From: a virus
Taxonomy: Duplodnaviria > Caudoviricetes
Direction: 5' to 3' (one strand)
Virus record (IMG/VR): IMGVR_UViG_3300001580_000006
Location: 159,465 to 223,464 of that record
DNA length: 64,000 bases
The notes under the pieces were generated by a model. It saw only the letters and a list, made by a program, of their open reading frames with translations, searched no databases and had not been told where the DNA came from. A program made the translations under genes and the position numbers. Shown in pieces: positions 37,469 to 45,548 of this stretch. Every line of letters starts with the position of its first letter. Within the stretch, counting starts at the first letter, position 1.

Positions 37469-37924
37469 TTATATTGCTACACAGTCTCTATACTGAGAGG
37501 ACTGTAGTGATTTACGTTTGTTGAAGTATTGATTTATTTTGTCTGTTACGCTTCCTTTGTTTCCATTACATATGCAGCACATGGTCTGCATGTTCTCAAT
37601 TCTGTTTGAACCGCCGTCTGATCTAGCAACAATGTGATCTGCTGTTATAAGCCTATGTCCACCATTAACTTCGGTATATAGGTTGATATGGTAGCTTTTC
37701 GCTGTTCTATCTCGAATAGGTTTTTCTACAGAGAAGAACACTCCTTCTATACCACAAACGCAGCATTTGGTGCCGCGTGTTTTGAAGGTGACAAGTCGAA
37801 GGGAGCCAGTACGTACCAATGAGCCAAGAAGTAAGGTGCGAGATGTTGGAGTCACAACAGGCTCCAAAAGTGGAAGGACTTGATCAATAGGGACAAAGCC
37901 TTTTGATTTATAATTTGTACGCAT
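37469..37924 (-). CDS. HNH endonuclease, paralogue of 25431..25898
   Basis: SLRL..FK..G..C..CG...FF.VEK...H.NLY...TADHIV..S.GG...NMQTMC..CN..KG; probable start 37924. Confidence 0.85.
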   Translation of the reverse strand: MRTNYKSKGFVPIDQVLPLLEPVVTPTSRTLLLGSLVRTGSLRLVTFKTRGTKCCVCGIEGVFFSVEKPIRDRTAKSYHINLYTEVNGGHRLITADHIVARSDGGSNRIENMQTMCCICNGNKGSVTDKINQYFNKRKSLQSSQYRDCVAI

Positions 37925-37931
37925 AAAATCC

Positions 37932-38104
37932 TTAATAGGAAACCACGGCAACCCGCCAGACCGTCGGAACAGCAGAATCAGCACCTACGAATACTCAGTG
38001 CCTACCAGCGTTACAAAGCAGCGCTCTTTGCGGTACAGCAGCATTTTATGGATTAGGATCCCCTCCCCCAGCTCCGATATTCACCGGCCATGGTCTCCTA
38101 TTAA
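37932..38104 (-). ncRNA. Candidate rod-shaped ncRNA (6S-like architecture)
   Basis: 18-bp closing stem whose two mismatches become G:U only on the minus strand; further nested helices. Confidence 0.5.
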
Positions 38105-38229
38105 AGATCGATACTTATCTCTTCCAAACCGAACGGAAGACTGGCATAAAATGGATTGGTAAACCAGTTACTAAGGCGGTATTTGCGCACCGATAGATTG
38201 GTATTATACCAAACTATTGAATTTATGTT

Positions 38230-38445
38230 TTACAGCGGTCGGCCAGCTGGTCCGATGCTCTCAAACAAATGTTCTCGAGGTTTTGTAGGGTCGCATAGCG
38301 CCCTCTTTGTCCTCGGATTCCGCTGCTTCTATTTGGGCTTTTTAAGACCGCTAGGCACCACCCATCGAGCGTCTAGACCAATAGAGCCAGCTACTGGACT
38401 GTGGTGCTTCCCCGCCCCTGATTTGAACTAGCGGTTCAGGTTCCG
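38230..38445 (-). ncRNA. Candidate multi-helix structured RNA
   Basis: Nested complementary pairs 38347-38361 with 38401-38407 and 38428-38435; 38233-38238/38320-38325; 38276-38280/38311-38315. Confidence 0.45.
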
Positions 38446-39201
38446 CTATTTTATTATTACCATTTTCTTAGTTCTTCCGTTGCTATACCTAACAAGGTAG
38501 ATTCCGTTCTTCGTGGGCTTTTGTATTTTTCTTCCCAATAGATCGTAATATGCTTTTGGGTCTGATAGGATTGGTGTGGCAGACTTATATTGTTCCTGCA
38601 CACCGGAAACTAACTCAAAGTAACAGGTGTACGTAGTGTTTATATACGGAGTTATAGAATGTGTGATTTCTAAGAAGTCACTCCAGCCAACAAATTTATA
38701 ACCCGATTGAATAGAGTCGGTTGACAGTATATGAGTTGAACCGGTAGCCACCTTTGTTATCAATGGAGCTGTATACAGTACTCCATCCAAATATATCTGC
38801 TTCATCAGAGGACTTGTCTGGAGAACGATGGTAACACTATCGTCTAATTTATAGGCATAACCAGAGTCCCGAAGGACATTTGCTGTATTTATCACTGCGG
38901 CTCCACCTTGAGTAAATCGGCTTTGCAGTGTACAAGCAAAGCCTACAAAGAATTCTGTCTGTGGCAAGACATTGCCACATATCCAGTTAGGAAAGAAGAC
39001 AGAGTCTTTGTAAACGTTGACAATGAAGCAGGGAACAAGGGCGGAGTCTGCTCTTCCTAGAACCCAGAAGACTTTGTCCGGGCAATCTGCCAACTCTAAG
39101 CTGGCAATCTGGTTATAGTCGTCGCCGTAGATGGCATACTGCGCAGCATTGGATACTGAAAACAACGCCAGCAGTGACAAAAGGAGAGCTATCTTTTTCA
39201 T
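38446..39201 (-). CDS. Secreted protein with C-terminal T9SS-type sorting-like domain
   Basis: Signal peptide; GYKFVGWSD...TYTCYF repeat; C-terminal YYDLLGRKI...GIYLV....KKMVIIK. Confidence 0.65.
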   Translation of the reverse strand: MKKIALLLSLLALFSVSNAAQYAIYGDDYNQIASLELADCPDKVFWVLGRADSALVPCFIVNVYKDSVFFPNWICGNVLPQTEFFVGFACTLQSRFTQGGAAVINTANVLRDSGYAYKLDDSVTIVLQTSPLMKQIYLDGVLYTAPLITKVATGSTHILSTDSIQSGYKFVGWSDFLEITHSITPYINTTYTCYFELVSGVQEQYKSATPILSDPKAYYDLLGRKIQKPTKNGIYLVRYSNGRTKKMVIIK

Positions 39202-39641
39202 TATATCACCTTTGCTAAAGTTAGTTTCCCTGATTTTGCGTTGGCATAGTCATCCTTCAGGTCTTTCCAAAGTTTGGATACTGATAGTATCATGGCTGGT
39301 AGAAGAAGCTCAGATGCTATATGGGCTAGGCTGATTGCGAACATTGCCACAGCTATACCTGATAGCAATGTTCTTAGCAGCCCAACATGATCCGGAGTGA
39401 ATGAAACCGAAACAAGGAAGACACAGAACGCCGGAGACAGAATGCAGAGAGACAGACAGGCAAGACCCAATGCAGCCAACTTCCACCACGTTTTGGGAAG
39501 GGACCTCCAGGCCGTCTTAAAGATATCCTTCTCCTGTTTGCCCCAATCCTTCACTAACTTAGCTATCGTTGTCTTTTGAAGGCGGGTCACGAGGTTCAGT
39601 GATTTCTCGTATTGCTCTGCGAACGTAGTCTGGCAATTCAT
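39201..39641 (-). CDS. Membrane protein
   Basis: Two TM helices. Confidence 0.55.
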   Translation of the reverse strand: MNCQTTFAEQYEKSLNLVTRLQKTTIAKLVKDWGKQEKDIFKTAWRSLPKTWWKLAALGLACLSLCILSPAFCVFLVSVSFTPDHVGLLRTLLSGIAVAMFAISLAHIASELLLPAMILSVSKLWKDLKDDYANAKSGKLTLAKVI

Positions 39642-39936
39642 TGTTAAATCCTTTGGTTCGTGGTTGTATCCAATAAAGATAGACTACTGCAATAGGACCT
39701 ATATATCCTACTGCAATCGCCAACCATACGGACTTAGTGAGCATGCCTATTATAAAAGCACACGCTATTGTCATCGCAGTCCAAACAAGCATGTTGATTC
39801 TGGTAAGAGATAAGGAGTAGGCGTACTCGATGTGCTCCTTGCTTTGCAGCTTTGACTCTGCTGATAGAGCAATATAGTATGTTATTATGAAAGGCAGTAC
39901 TCCTACTAAGACCAATGCTATCTGTATTGGACTCAT
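39559..39936 (-). CDS. Membrane protein
   Basis: Three TM helices. Confidence 0.6.
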   Translation of the reverse strand: MSPIQIALVLVGVLPFIITYYIALSAESKLQSKEHIEYAYSLSLTRINMLVWTAMTIACAFIIGMLTKSVWLAIAVGYIGPIAVVYLYWIQPRTKGFNNELPDYVRRAIREITEPRDPPSKDNDS

Positions 39937-40030
39937 TTCATTCTCCTAATGGTAACAATTATGACAGCGATAATAGTAAGTAGCAGAAGCGGAAGCTCCC
40001 ACCACCAGCCAGCAATAATTAAAAAGAACA

Positions 40031-40324
40031 CTATTTCCTCGCTTTCTCTGCCTCCAAGTCAGCTGTTAAGTCAGTGATACGTCGCTGAAGATCCACAATG
40101 GTTTGAGTGGCAAACTCATAATGCGTTGGAAGGAAGACTCTTTCATAGAACTCGTTCTCGCTTGCGCTTCTTGCCACCATAATATAATCCTCTGGATGGG
40201 TAATAGGGCACAGCCTGTATAAAAGATCGCGGTCAGCTCTTCCTACTACCAAAGGACCGGTGCATATCTCTACTCCGGTGTACCACTTTCCTGTGGTTTT
40301 GTAGAAGTCAATTTTCAGTTTCAT
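40031..40324 (-). CDS. Hypothetical protein
   Basis: Probable start MKLKIDFYK..GKWY at 40324. Confidence 0.6.
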   Translation of the reverse strand: MKLKIDFYKTTGKWYTGVEICTGPLVVGRADRDLLYRLCPITHPEDYIMVARSASENEFYERVFLPTHYEFATQTIVDLQRRITDLTADLEAEKARK

Positions 40325-40333
40325 AATTCCTCT

Positions 40334-40422
40334 TGGTGCCAGGATGGGACTCGAACCCATATTCCCAGAGCGCGCCTCCAGAGCTACTACTCCAAGCGTC
40401 TTACCGTTTAGACGACCTTGGC
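40334..40422 (-). tRNA. tRNA-like gene with aberrant/expanded anticodon arm (identity undetermined)
   Basis: GCCAAGG..., D-arm GTCT-AAACGGTA-AGAC, T-arm ATGGG-TTCGAGT-CCCAT, CCTGGCACCA; no canonical 7-nt anticodon loop. Confidence 0.6.
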
Positions 40423-40423
40423 A

Positions 40424-40645
40424 CTATTCAAATATGTATTCGGTATAGTTTCTAATTACGATTACCTTAATTTGATGTTCTTCGGTTCTTCTGGCAGCAA
40501 TATAACAGTTACCTGATCTCCAGCCTGCATACGGAGCTGGTTTCTTTTCGAGCTGTCTTACCAATTTTTTAGCTTGGTGCATTATTTCAACGTCACTGAT
40601 TGGTATGCCAGTGTCTAGAAAGACGGCTGTATACTTAAGTTTCAT
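40424..40645 (-). CDS. Hypothetical protein
   Basis: ORF with a GAGG RBS. Confidence 0.55.
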   Translation of the reverse strand: MKLKYTAVFLDTGIPISDVEIMHQAKKLVRQLEKKPAPYAGWRSGNCYIAARRTEEHQIKVIVIRNYTEYIFE

Positions 40646-40646
40646 A

Positions 40647-41093
40647 TTACACCTCTATGGCAATAATGGCATTGACCATATTTGATGTGATTTTACAGTC
40701 TACGCACGATTTATCGTGGAGACTGATGAGGGCTGCCTTATGCTTGTCGCAAGCGCCGATCTTTACCTGAATCCATTTTGGTTCGCTCGGGCGATAATCT
40801 AACCGAGCTCCCTTAGGGAATAGGGCAACGATGCGCTCTCCGGCTTCTTTACTTTCTACAAAGCCTGAGATGTTGTTATATAGGTGAGGCTCTCCCCCAC
40901 ATATGAAGCAGCCAGGTGTGTTGTCTAATCCCATACCACGGGAGGTAAATCTTTCAGACGTTGGCTCTAAGCCAACAATATCTGAGAGACTATTAAGGAG
41001 TTCTAGGACCTGTTCTTTGAAAGCGCCAGGCTGTTTTATAAGAAACCTAACGTCAGACAGTTGCTGATCTGTTAGGTCGGTAATTCTATGCAT
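40647..41093 (-). CDS. Hypothetical Zn-binding protein
   Basis: CFICG...C..H. Confidence 0.6.
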   Translation of the reverse strand: MHRITDLTDQQLSDVRFLIKQPGAFKEQVLELLNSLSDIVGLEPTSERFTSRGMGLDNTPGCFICGGEPHLYNNISGFVESKEAGERIVALFPKGARLDYRPSEPKWIQVKIGACDKHKAALISLHDKSCVDCKITSNMVNAIIAIEV

Positions 41094-42384
41094 AGTTACT
41101 CCTTACAACCTCCAGTGGTTGTGGGATTGCGTTGTTTTGCTTGGTTTTCGTGCTTTGGCCAGTACTGTCCTGTTGACTAAAGAGAAGCTGTTGTTGAAAG
41201 GTATCTGTTTCGAAGACGCTCTGCACTTTTGACCAAGATGGTGTTAACCCGTCACGACGACCAACAATAAATAGATAGTTTTTGTTGTTTCCCAAAGGAA
41301 AGCTTTTTATTACATTAAAGAGCTGTAGAACCTTGGTGTGTGTGCCATGACGAGCATGTACATAAAATACAACCTCGGGAAAGTACTCCAAGGCCTGCTT
41401 TACGTAGTCTATTCTAGTAGGCCCACCACTAGTATTATCATAGATTAACGGCTTTTTGATCCCAAAGGCTGTTAATAATGTATATACAGTAGTCAATTGG
41501 TCATGATTGGATAAATCAACAGCTAACGGAAATCCGTAGTTTAGCTTACGTACTATGCCACCAGCTTGAGTTGTTCTTATATCACAAAGGAATAGTGGAC
41601 GGTTGGTAGCTTTGGCTTTTTCTGACAAACGGATAACGTCGGCTGCTTTCTGGGCACCAAGGATCAATATAGCATCATGCTTGGCTGGGTCGTATATTTT
41701 GTCCATTAGCGGAGCTTTATACTCCGCATGAGATGGAACAATATTACTATAGAATTTCTTTGTACGATATCTGGGAACAGATCGACAAGTTCTAACTCCA
41801 GTCCAACAAACGTTGTCACCAGAGATTGGTTTAGTACTATCAATTAGAGTTGGGCCGGCACCATAATATGGTTTTGCCCAAGCTAATGCCATAACTTTAA
41901 GATGTCTACGTCTGGTAGCCCTACCATCAGTTTTTCTGAGGGAGACGTAACCGTTTCTGATGGGGGTTGGTTTACCCCATCCATTAAGAATGGTACCGTC
42001 TTTAAGTATGACATTACGGACTCCTGCTATCTGTCGACTGCTGTCGTCGATGATTAATGGAGCGCCATTCTTAGGCCAGTTGACCCACCTCAAGTTGTTT
42101 GCAGAGATTGGAAGGGACCGGTCAATTTTTGCAGCGTGGTTTCCTTTAAATGGGTATACAAATGCAGTGGCTACCAAGTTAGCCACCGAGTGTGATTTGG
42201 TCTTAATGCTACCTATCGAGGTAATTGCTACTACAGGTATTTCGCTCTGCGTATGTAGTTTAAGAGGTACACCGGTTATGCCATATATGGTACCATCTTT
42301 TCCTATCCAATTGCGAACGCCTTTTATCCTACGAACATCGTGATATTCACGTAGGTTTAACGGATAGGTAGCTCTATGTCTCAT
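41086..42384 (-). CDS. Protein with two degenerate NUMOD4/HNH-like repeats plus a Rossmann-like domain shared with 30892..32046
   Basis: Repeat I.GVRN.I.KDGTI.G...D...PIS..N..W occurs twice; HDAILILGAQ...PLFLCD...DLS...KPLIYDNTSG. Confidence 0.65.
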   Translation of the reverse strand: MRHRATYPLNLREYHDVRRIKGVRNWIGKDGTIYGITGVPLKLHTQSEIPVVAITSIGSIKTKSHSVANLVATAFVYPFKGNHAAKIDRSLPISANNLRWVNWPKNGAPLIIDDSSRQIAGVRNVILKDGTILNGWGKPTPIRNGYVSLRKTDGRATRRRHLKVMALAWAKPYYGAGPTLIDSTKPISGDNVCWTGVRTCRSVPRYRTKKFYSNIVPSHAEYKAPLMDKIYDPAKHDAILILGAQKAADVIRLSEKAKATNRPLFLCDIRTTQAGGIVRKLNYGFPLAVDLSNHDQLTTVYTLLTAFGIKKPLIYDNTSGGPTRIDYVKQALEYFPEVVFYVHARHGTHTKVLQLFNVIKSFPLGNNKNYLFIVGRRDGLTPSWSKVQSVFETDTFQQQLLFSQQDSTGQSTKTKQNNAIPQPLEVVRSNYA

Positions 42385-42420
42385 TAAACTCCTTCCTTGG
42401 TGTGCTTACGCTTAGGTCGG

Positions 42421-42753
42421 CTAAGCCAGCACTTTATATGATGCTCCGGGGAGCAGATAATTTTTCATACTGGATATTAAGTCGTTGCGCCATAACCACA
42501 TGGATATTAAGGCGCCACCAACTGAGCCGATAAGGAAGGCATACAAGCCTCCGCCGGCCAGCAGAACGACGAGTGCGGTGCAGGAGATATCGGCCAGAAA
42601 GCGCCACGTTTCGACGCCGAGCTGTTCCGATTTCCCATTCTTCCTATAGGAAATGAAAGCCGCCTTTATAGCCTTTAGCTCTTGCATATAGAAAAGGACG
42701 TTAATGACTAAGGCAGCTATTCCGAGTAGCAGTATTGATAACATCTGAATCAC
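42421..42753 (-). CDS. Membrane protein
   Basis: Hydrophobic helices. Confidence 0.55.
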   Translation of the reverse strand: MIQMLSILLLGIAALVINVLFYMQELKAIKAAFISYRKNGKSEQLGVETWRFLADISCTALVVLLAGGGLYAFLIGSVGGALISMWLWRNDLISSMKNYLLPGASYKVLA

Positions 42754-42771
42754 CCCCTCTCTCCGACAGCA

Positions 42772-43149
42772 TTACTTTATTAAACCCTTCAGTTCTTTAT
42801 TAAGTATCATGACTGGGTTGTTCTTCCTTTCTAGGAGTTTTCTGACAAGCTTTGTGCTTATCTCTTCCTCTAAATCCGCAATTTCGTAGGCACGCCAGCC
42901 GTAAATTGTGGTGCTTCCAGGCTTAAGGAAGTGGAGGAAGTCGAATGGGCAACAGGATATGTCGTGAGGTGATATCTCCTTAGTATCCTCTGCCCATTTG
43001 GTAAGGAACCCTTTCAGCTGTTCGATCAGCTGAGCACGTTCCAGTGCCACTGTTTTGATTAGATCGTTACACATGGTTTTTCTCCGACAGATTGTGTGCA
43101 TTTCCAGGATAATTGATATAAAATATGATGTTTTTACAAGATCATGCAA
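42772..43149 (-). CDS. Hypothetical protein
   Basis: ORF; true start probably the internal MCND. Confidence 0.5.
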   Translation of the reverse strand: MHDLVKTSYFISIILEMHTICRRKTMCNDLIKTVALERAQLIEQLKGFLTKWAEDTKEISPHDISCCPFDFLHFLKPGSTTIYGWRAYEIADLEEEISTKLVRKLLERKNNPVMILNKELKGLIK

Positions 43150-43164
43150 ACCAAGGGTTTGCAG

Positions 43165-43590
43165 TTAAGCCTTTGCAGGGCTAGGGCTTAACGAAGCTGT
43201 CGCATGGACGTTCTTCAGGAAGCCGAGGTCTAAATCCATGTAACCATCTTTCAGGTGGACACGGACCGTACCTTCTTCCGGAGGAAACCAGAGGTCTGAC
43301 AGCTTGTTGATGGTGGGAGGTATTGCCCAGATGATCAAAGCCACCAGGCCGGCAATGTAAAGCAGCAGGATAACGAGCAGGGCAGCGCCTGGGGTCATCA
43401 CAGCCAGCATGCCATGGAGCAGCAGGTTAAGAAGGGTGCCGAAGACGTAACCGTAGACATAGCCAGCTGCAAAGCAGGAGGCATAGAAGCCTACGTACTT
43501 ACCGATCTTCTTGAGGGATTTCTTCAGAGAGTCACGGTCTATGCTGTCAATCTTGTCCAAGACTTTCTGAGCAGCACCGAAGGTTTTCAT
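43165..43590 (-). CDS. Membrane protein
   Basis: Two TM helices, AAGGAG RBS. Confidence 0.65.
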   Translation of the reverse strand: MKTFGAAQKVLDKIDSIDRDSLKKSLKKIGKYVGFYASCFAAGYVYGYVFGTLLNLLLHGMLAVMTPGAALLVILLLYIAGLVALIIWAIPPTINKLSDLWFPPEEGTVRVHLKDGYMDLDLGFLKNVHATASLSPSPAKA

Positions 43591-43697
43591 GGTGATCTCC
43601 TTATTGTATGTTAGAAAGCATACATTATTAATTATTATAACTACTGTAAATTACTATAACTTACGGTAGCAAGATGACTAGGTAAACGGCATTTATT

Positions 43698-44249
43698 TCA
43701 GAAGTTTTCGAGTTCTGTTTTGTACAGATCCTCAAAATACTGCAATCTCTTCTCGAAAGCAGCTCTTATTTCCGATGCAGCTGGGTGACGTTGTGGATCT
43801 ATACGTTTCATCCACTCTTGCTCGGTACATGCTGCTTCATCTATTATGGATGGGCAGTTGCCACAACCATCTGCAAGGACATTAATGGACCAATAATTTC
43901 GGCAGCCGGGACACAGGTTGCGTCTTCCGAAGTGATAGTGATTCTTTACGAGTTCGATATCGTCCTGGGCGAGCAGATCACGGTATTTCAATATCATTTC
44001 TGCTATTGTGCCTCTTCGTAGGGCAGCGGACTTCTGTGCTTTAAACCAGGCTTGTCGATCAGAAGCATGTGCTTGCTTAGACTCCTTTTCTATATCAGAA
44101 GAAAGGATGATTGCTAGGGCAAAGCCCAACAGCGTAGCTAGAACGGTTCTTGCTATAACCTCGTTTGTGCCAGGGACAGCCATCTTTAGTGCAGCATTGA
44201 GGATTATCAATCCTAATATACAGATGATGACTATTACTTTTGTTCGCAT
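43698..44249 (-). CDS. Membrane protein with Cys-rich C-terminal domain
   Basis: Two TM helices; LCPGC...GC.NCP....C. Confidence 0.6.
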   Translation of the reverse strand: MRTKVIVIICILGLIILNAALKMAVPGTNEVIARTVLATLLGFALAIILSSDIEKESKQAHASDRQAWFKAQKSAALRRGTIAEMILKYRDLLAQDDIELVKNHYHFGRRNLCPGCRNYWSINVLADGCGNCPSIIDEAACTEQEWMKRIDPQRHPAASEIRAAFEKRLQYFEDLYKTELENF

Positions 44250-44259
44250 GGTTTCCTTT

Positions 44260-44322
44260 CCGCTCGCTTCCGCTCGCTTGGTACCCCGCCTTCGGCGGGG
44301 CCCCTGCCCCGCCTTCGGCGGG
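44260..44322. repeat. Tandem CCGCTCGCTT x2 followed by two GC-rich hairpins CCCCGCC-TTC-GGCGGG(G)
   Basis: Read directly from the sequence. Confidence 0.75.
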
Positions 44323-44530
44323 TTGCTTTCTATGAGTTTTAGCTGTTAAATGTTCATTTTTCAGGCTTTTTAGGCCTTTCTCGAAGTATTTCGGCCTTTT
44401 CTGTAGCCGTAAATATAGCCGGCTACCAGTGAAGCAGCGCTTAGGGCCCATGCTGAAGACACTGGTTCTCCACGATATGCTATTGCTAGCCAAGACATTA
44501 GCGCCACTATCGAGATAATTGGCCAGTGTT

Positions 44531-44944
44531 TCATTCGTAGGTCCTTATGGACTGAATGTCCGGGATGATTGAGGGCCTGGGCTTGGTTCTGACCGGATCG
44601 ATGGACTTGCGGTCGAACTCCGCCAGGTGATCGTGGGCGGCCCCCATGATCTTGGAGCCGTCCTTGGACAGCTTGCTGGTATTGACTGCCAGCTTGCTCA
44701 AGAACGGGACCTTACTGACCGTCCCCAGTACCTCTCCGGTAGTGGAGTCGGCATTGGTCTTGGTCGGGATCTTCTTGGCGGCCTCTTCGGTCACCTTGCT
44801 GAGCTTGCCCATGCCGTCTGATAGGGCGGCGGCTCCGATTCTGGCAGTCGCTGAGAGGAGGATTCGTGCTCCCTCTGCCCCTGTCACAGCTAACGTCAGC
44901 GAAGCCTTGCCTGCGTCCTTCAGAGCATCCGTGTACTTGCTCAT
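44531..44944 (-). CDS. Hypothetical protein
   Basis: ORF with an AAGGAG RBS. Confidence 0.65.
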   Translation of the reverse strand: MSKYTDALKDAGKASLTLAVTGAEGARILLSATARIGAAALSDGMGKLSKVTEEAAKKIPTKTNADSTTGEVLGTVSKVPFLSKLAVNTSKLSKDGSKIMGAAHDHLAEFDRKSIDPVRTKPRPSIIPDIQSIRTYE

Positions 44945-45123
44945 GGTTCTCCTTTACCTTATTGCCTGTTTGAATCGAAGTACTGCTGGCAATAGAGCAG
45001 CCTTCATGTTTGTGCGTTCACTCTCCAGGATATATAACGAGGAGATCAATACCATTTGGTGGGCCCAGTAGATACAGAGTGTAAATACTCTGGCCATGAT
45101 GTTAATCTCCTGACTTTAGCGTT

Positions 45124-45159
45124 AAAAAAAGGGAACCCAGTATCTCTACTGAGTTCCCT
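45124..45159 (-). terminator. Intrinsic terminator
   Basis: AGGGAACTCAGTA-gaga-TACTGGGTTCCCT followed by a T-run. Confidence 0.85.
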
Positions 45160-45175
45160 CGGCCGCGGAAGGTTT

Positions 45176-45508
45176 TTACACCTTCAGGGCGCCGAAAGCC
45201 ACCGGGAGGCCATCGGCCACGACCTCATAGGTCTTATAGGTCACGGTCCCGATCTCCACCAGCTCGAACACGGGCATGGTTTCGCCTTCTTTCTTGGCGG
45301 CCACGTCCTGCACGCGCCGGTTCAGGGTCGCGCCTTGGTTGTACATCCCGAAGCCCTGCTGGAACTCCAGATTTTTCACGATCTGTACTTCGTGTAGGGC
45401 TCCGTCTTCGCCTTTGACCTGCAAGGCCAGCATGTGGCCCCCGTTTCTGGCGTTCTTGATGCCTACCTCGGCTCTGATCTTCTTCTGTCCGTCCATTGTA
45501 TGTTTCAC
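45176..45508 (-). CDS. Hypothetical protein (beta-rich, possibly OB-fold)
   Basis: ORF with strong codon bias, followed by a terminator. Confidence 0.65.
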   Translation of the reverse strand: MKHTMDGQKKIRAEVGIKNARNGGHMLALQVKGEDGALHEVQIVKNLEFQQGFGMYNQGATLNRRVQDVAAKKEGETMPVFELVEIGTVTYKTYEVVADGLPVAFGALKV

Positions 45509-45548
45509 CCCCTTTCATGTTGGCATTTAATTCGAGATATTTTCACAG

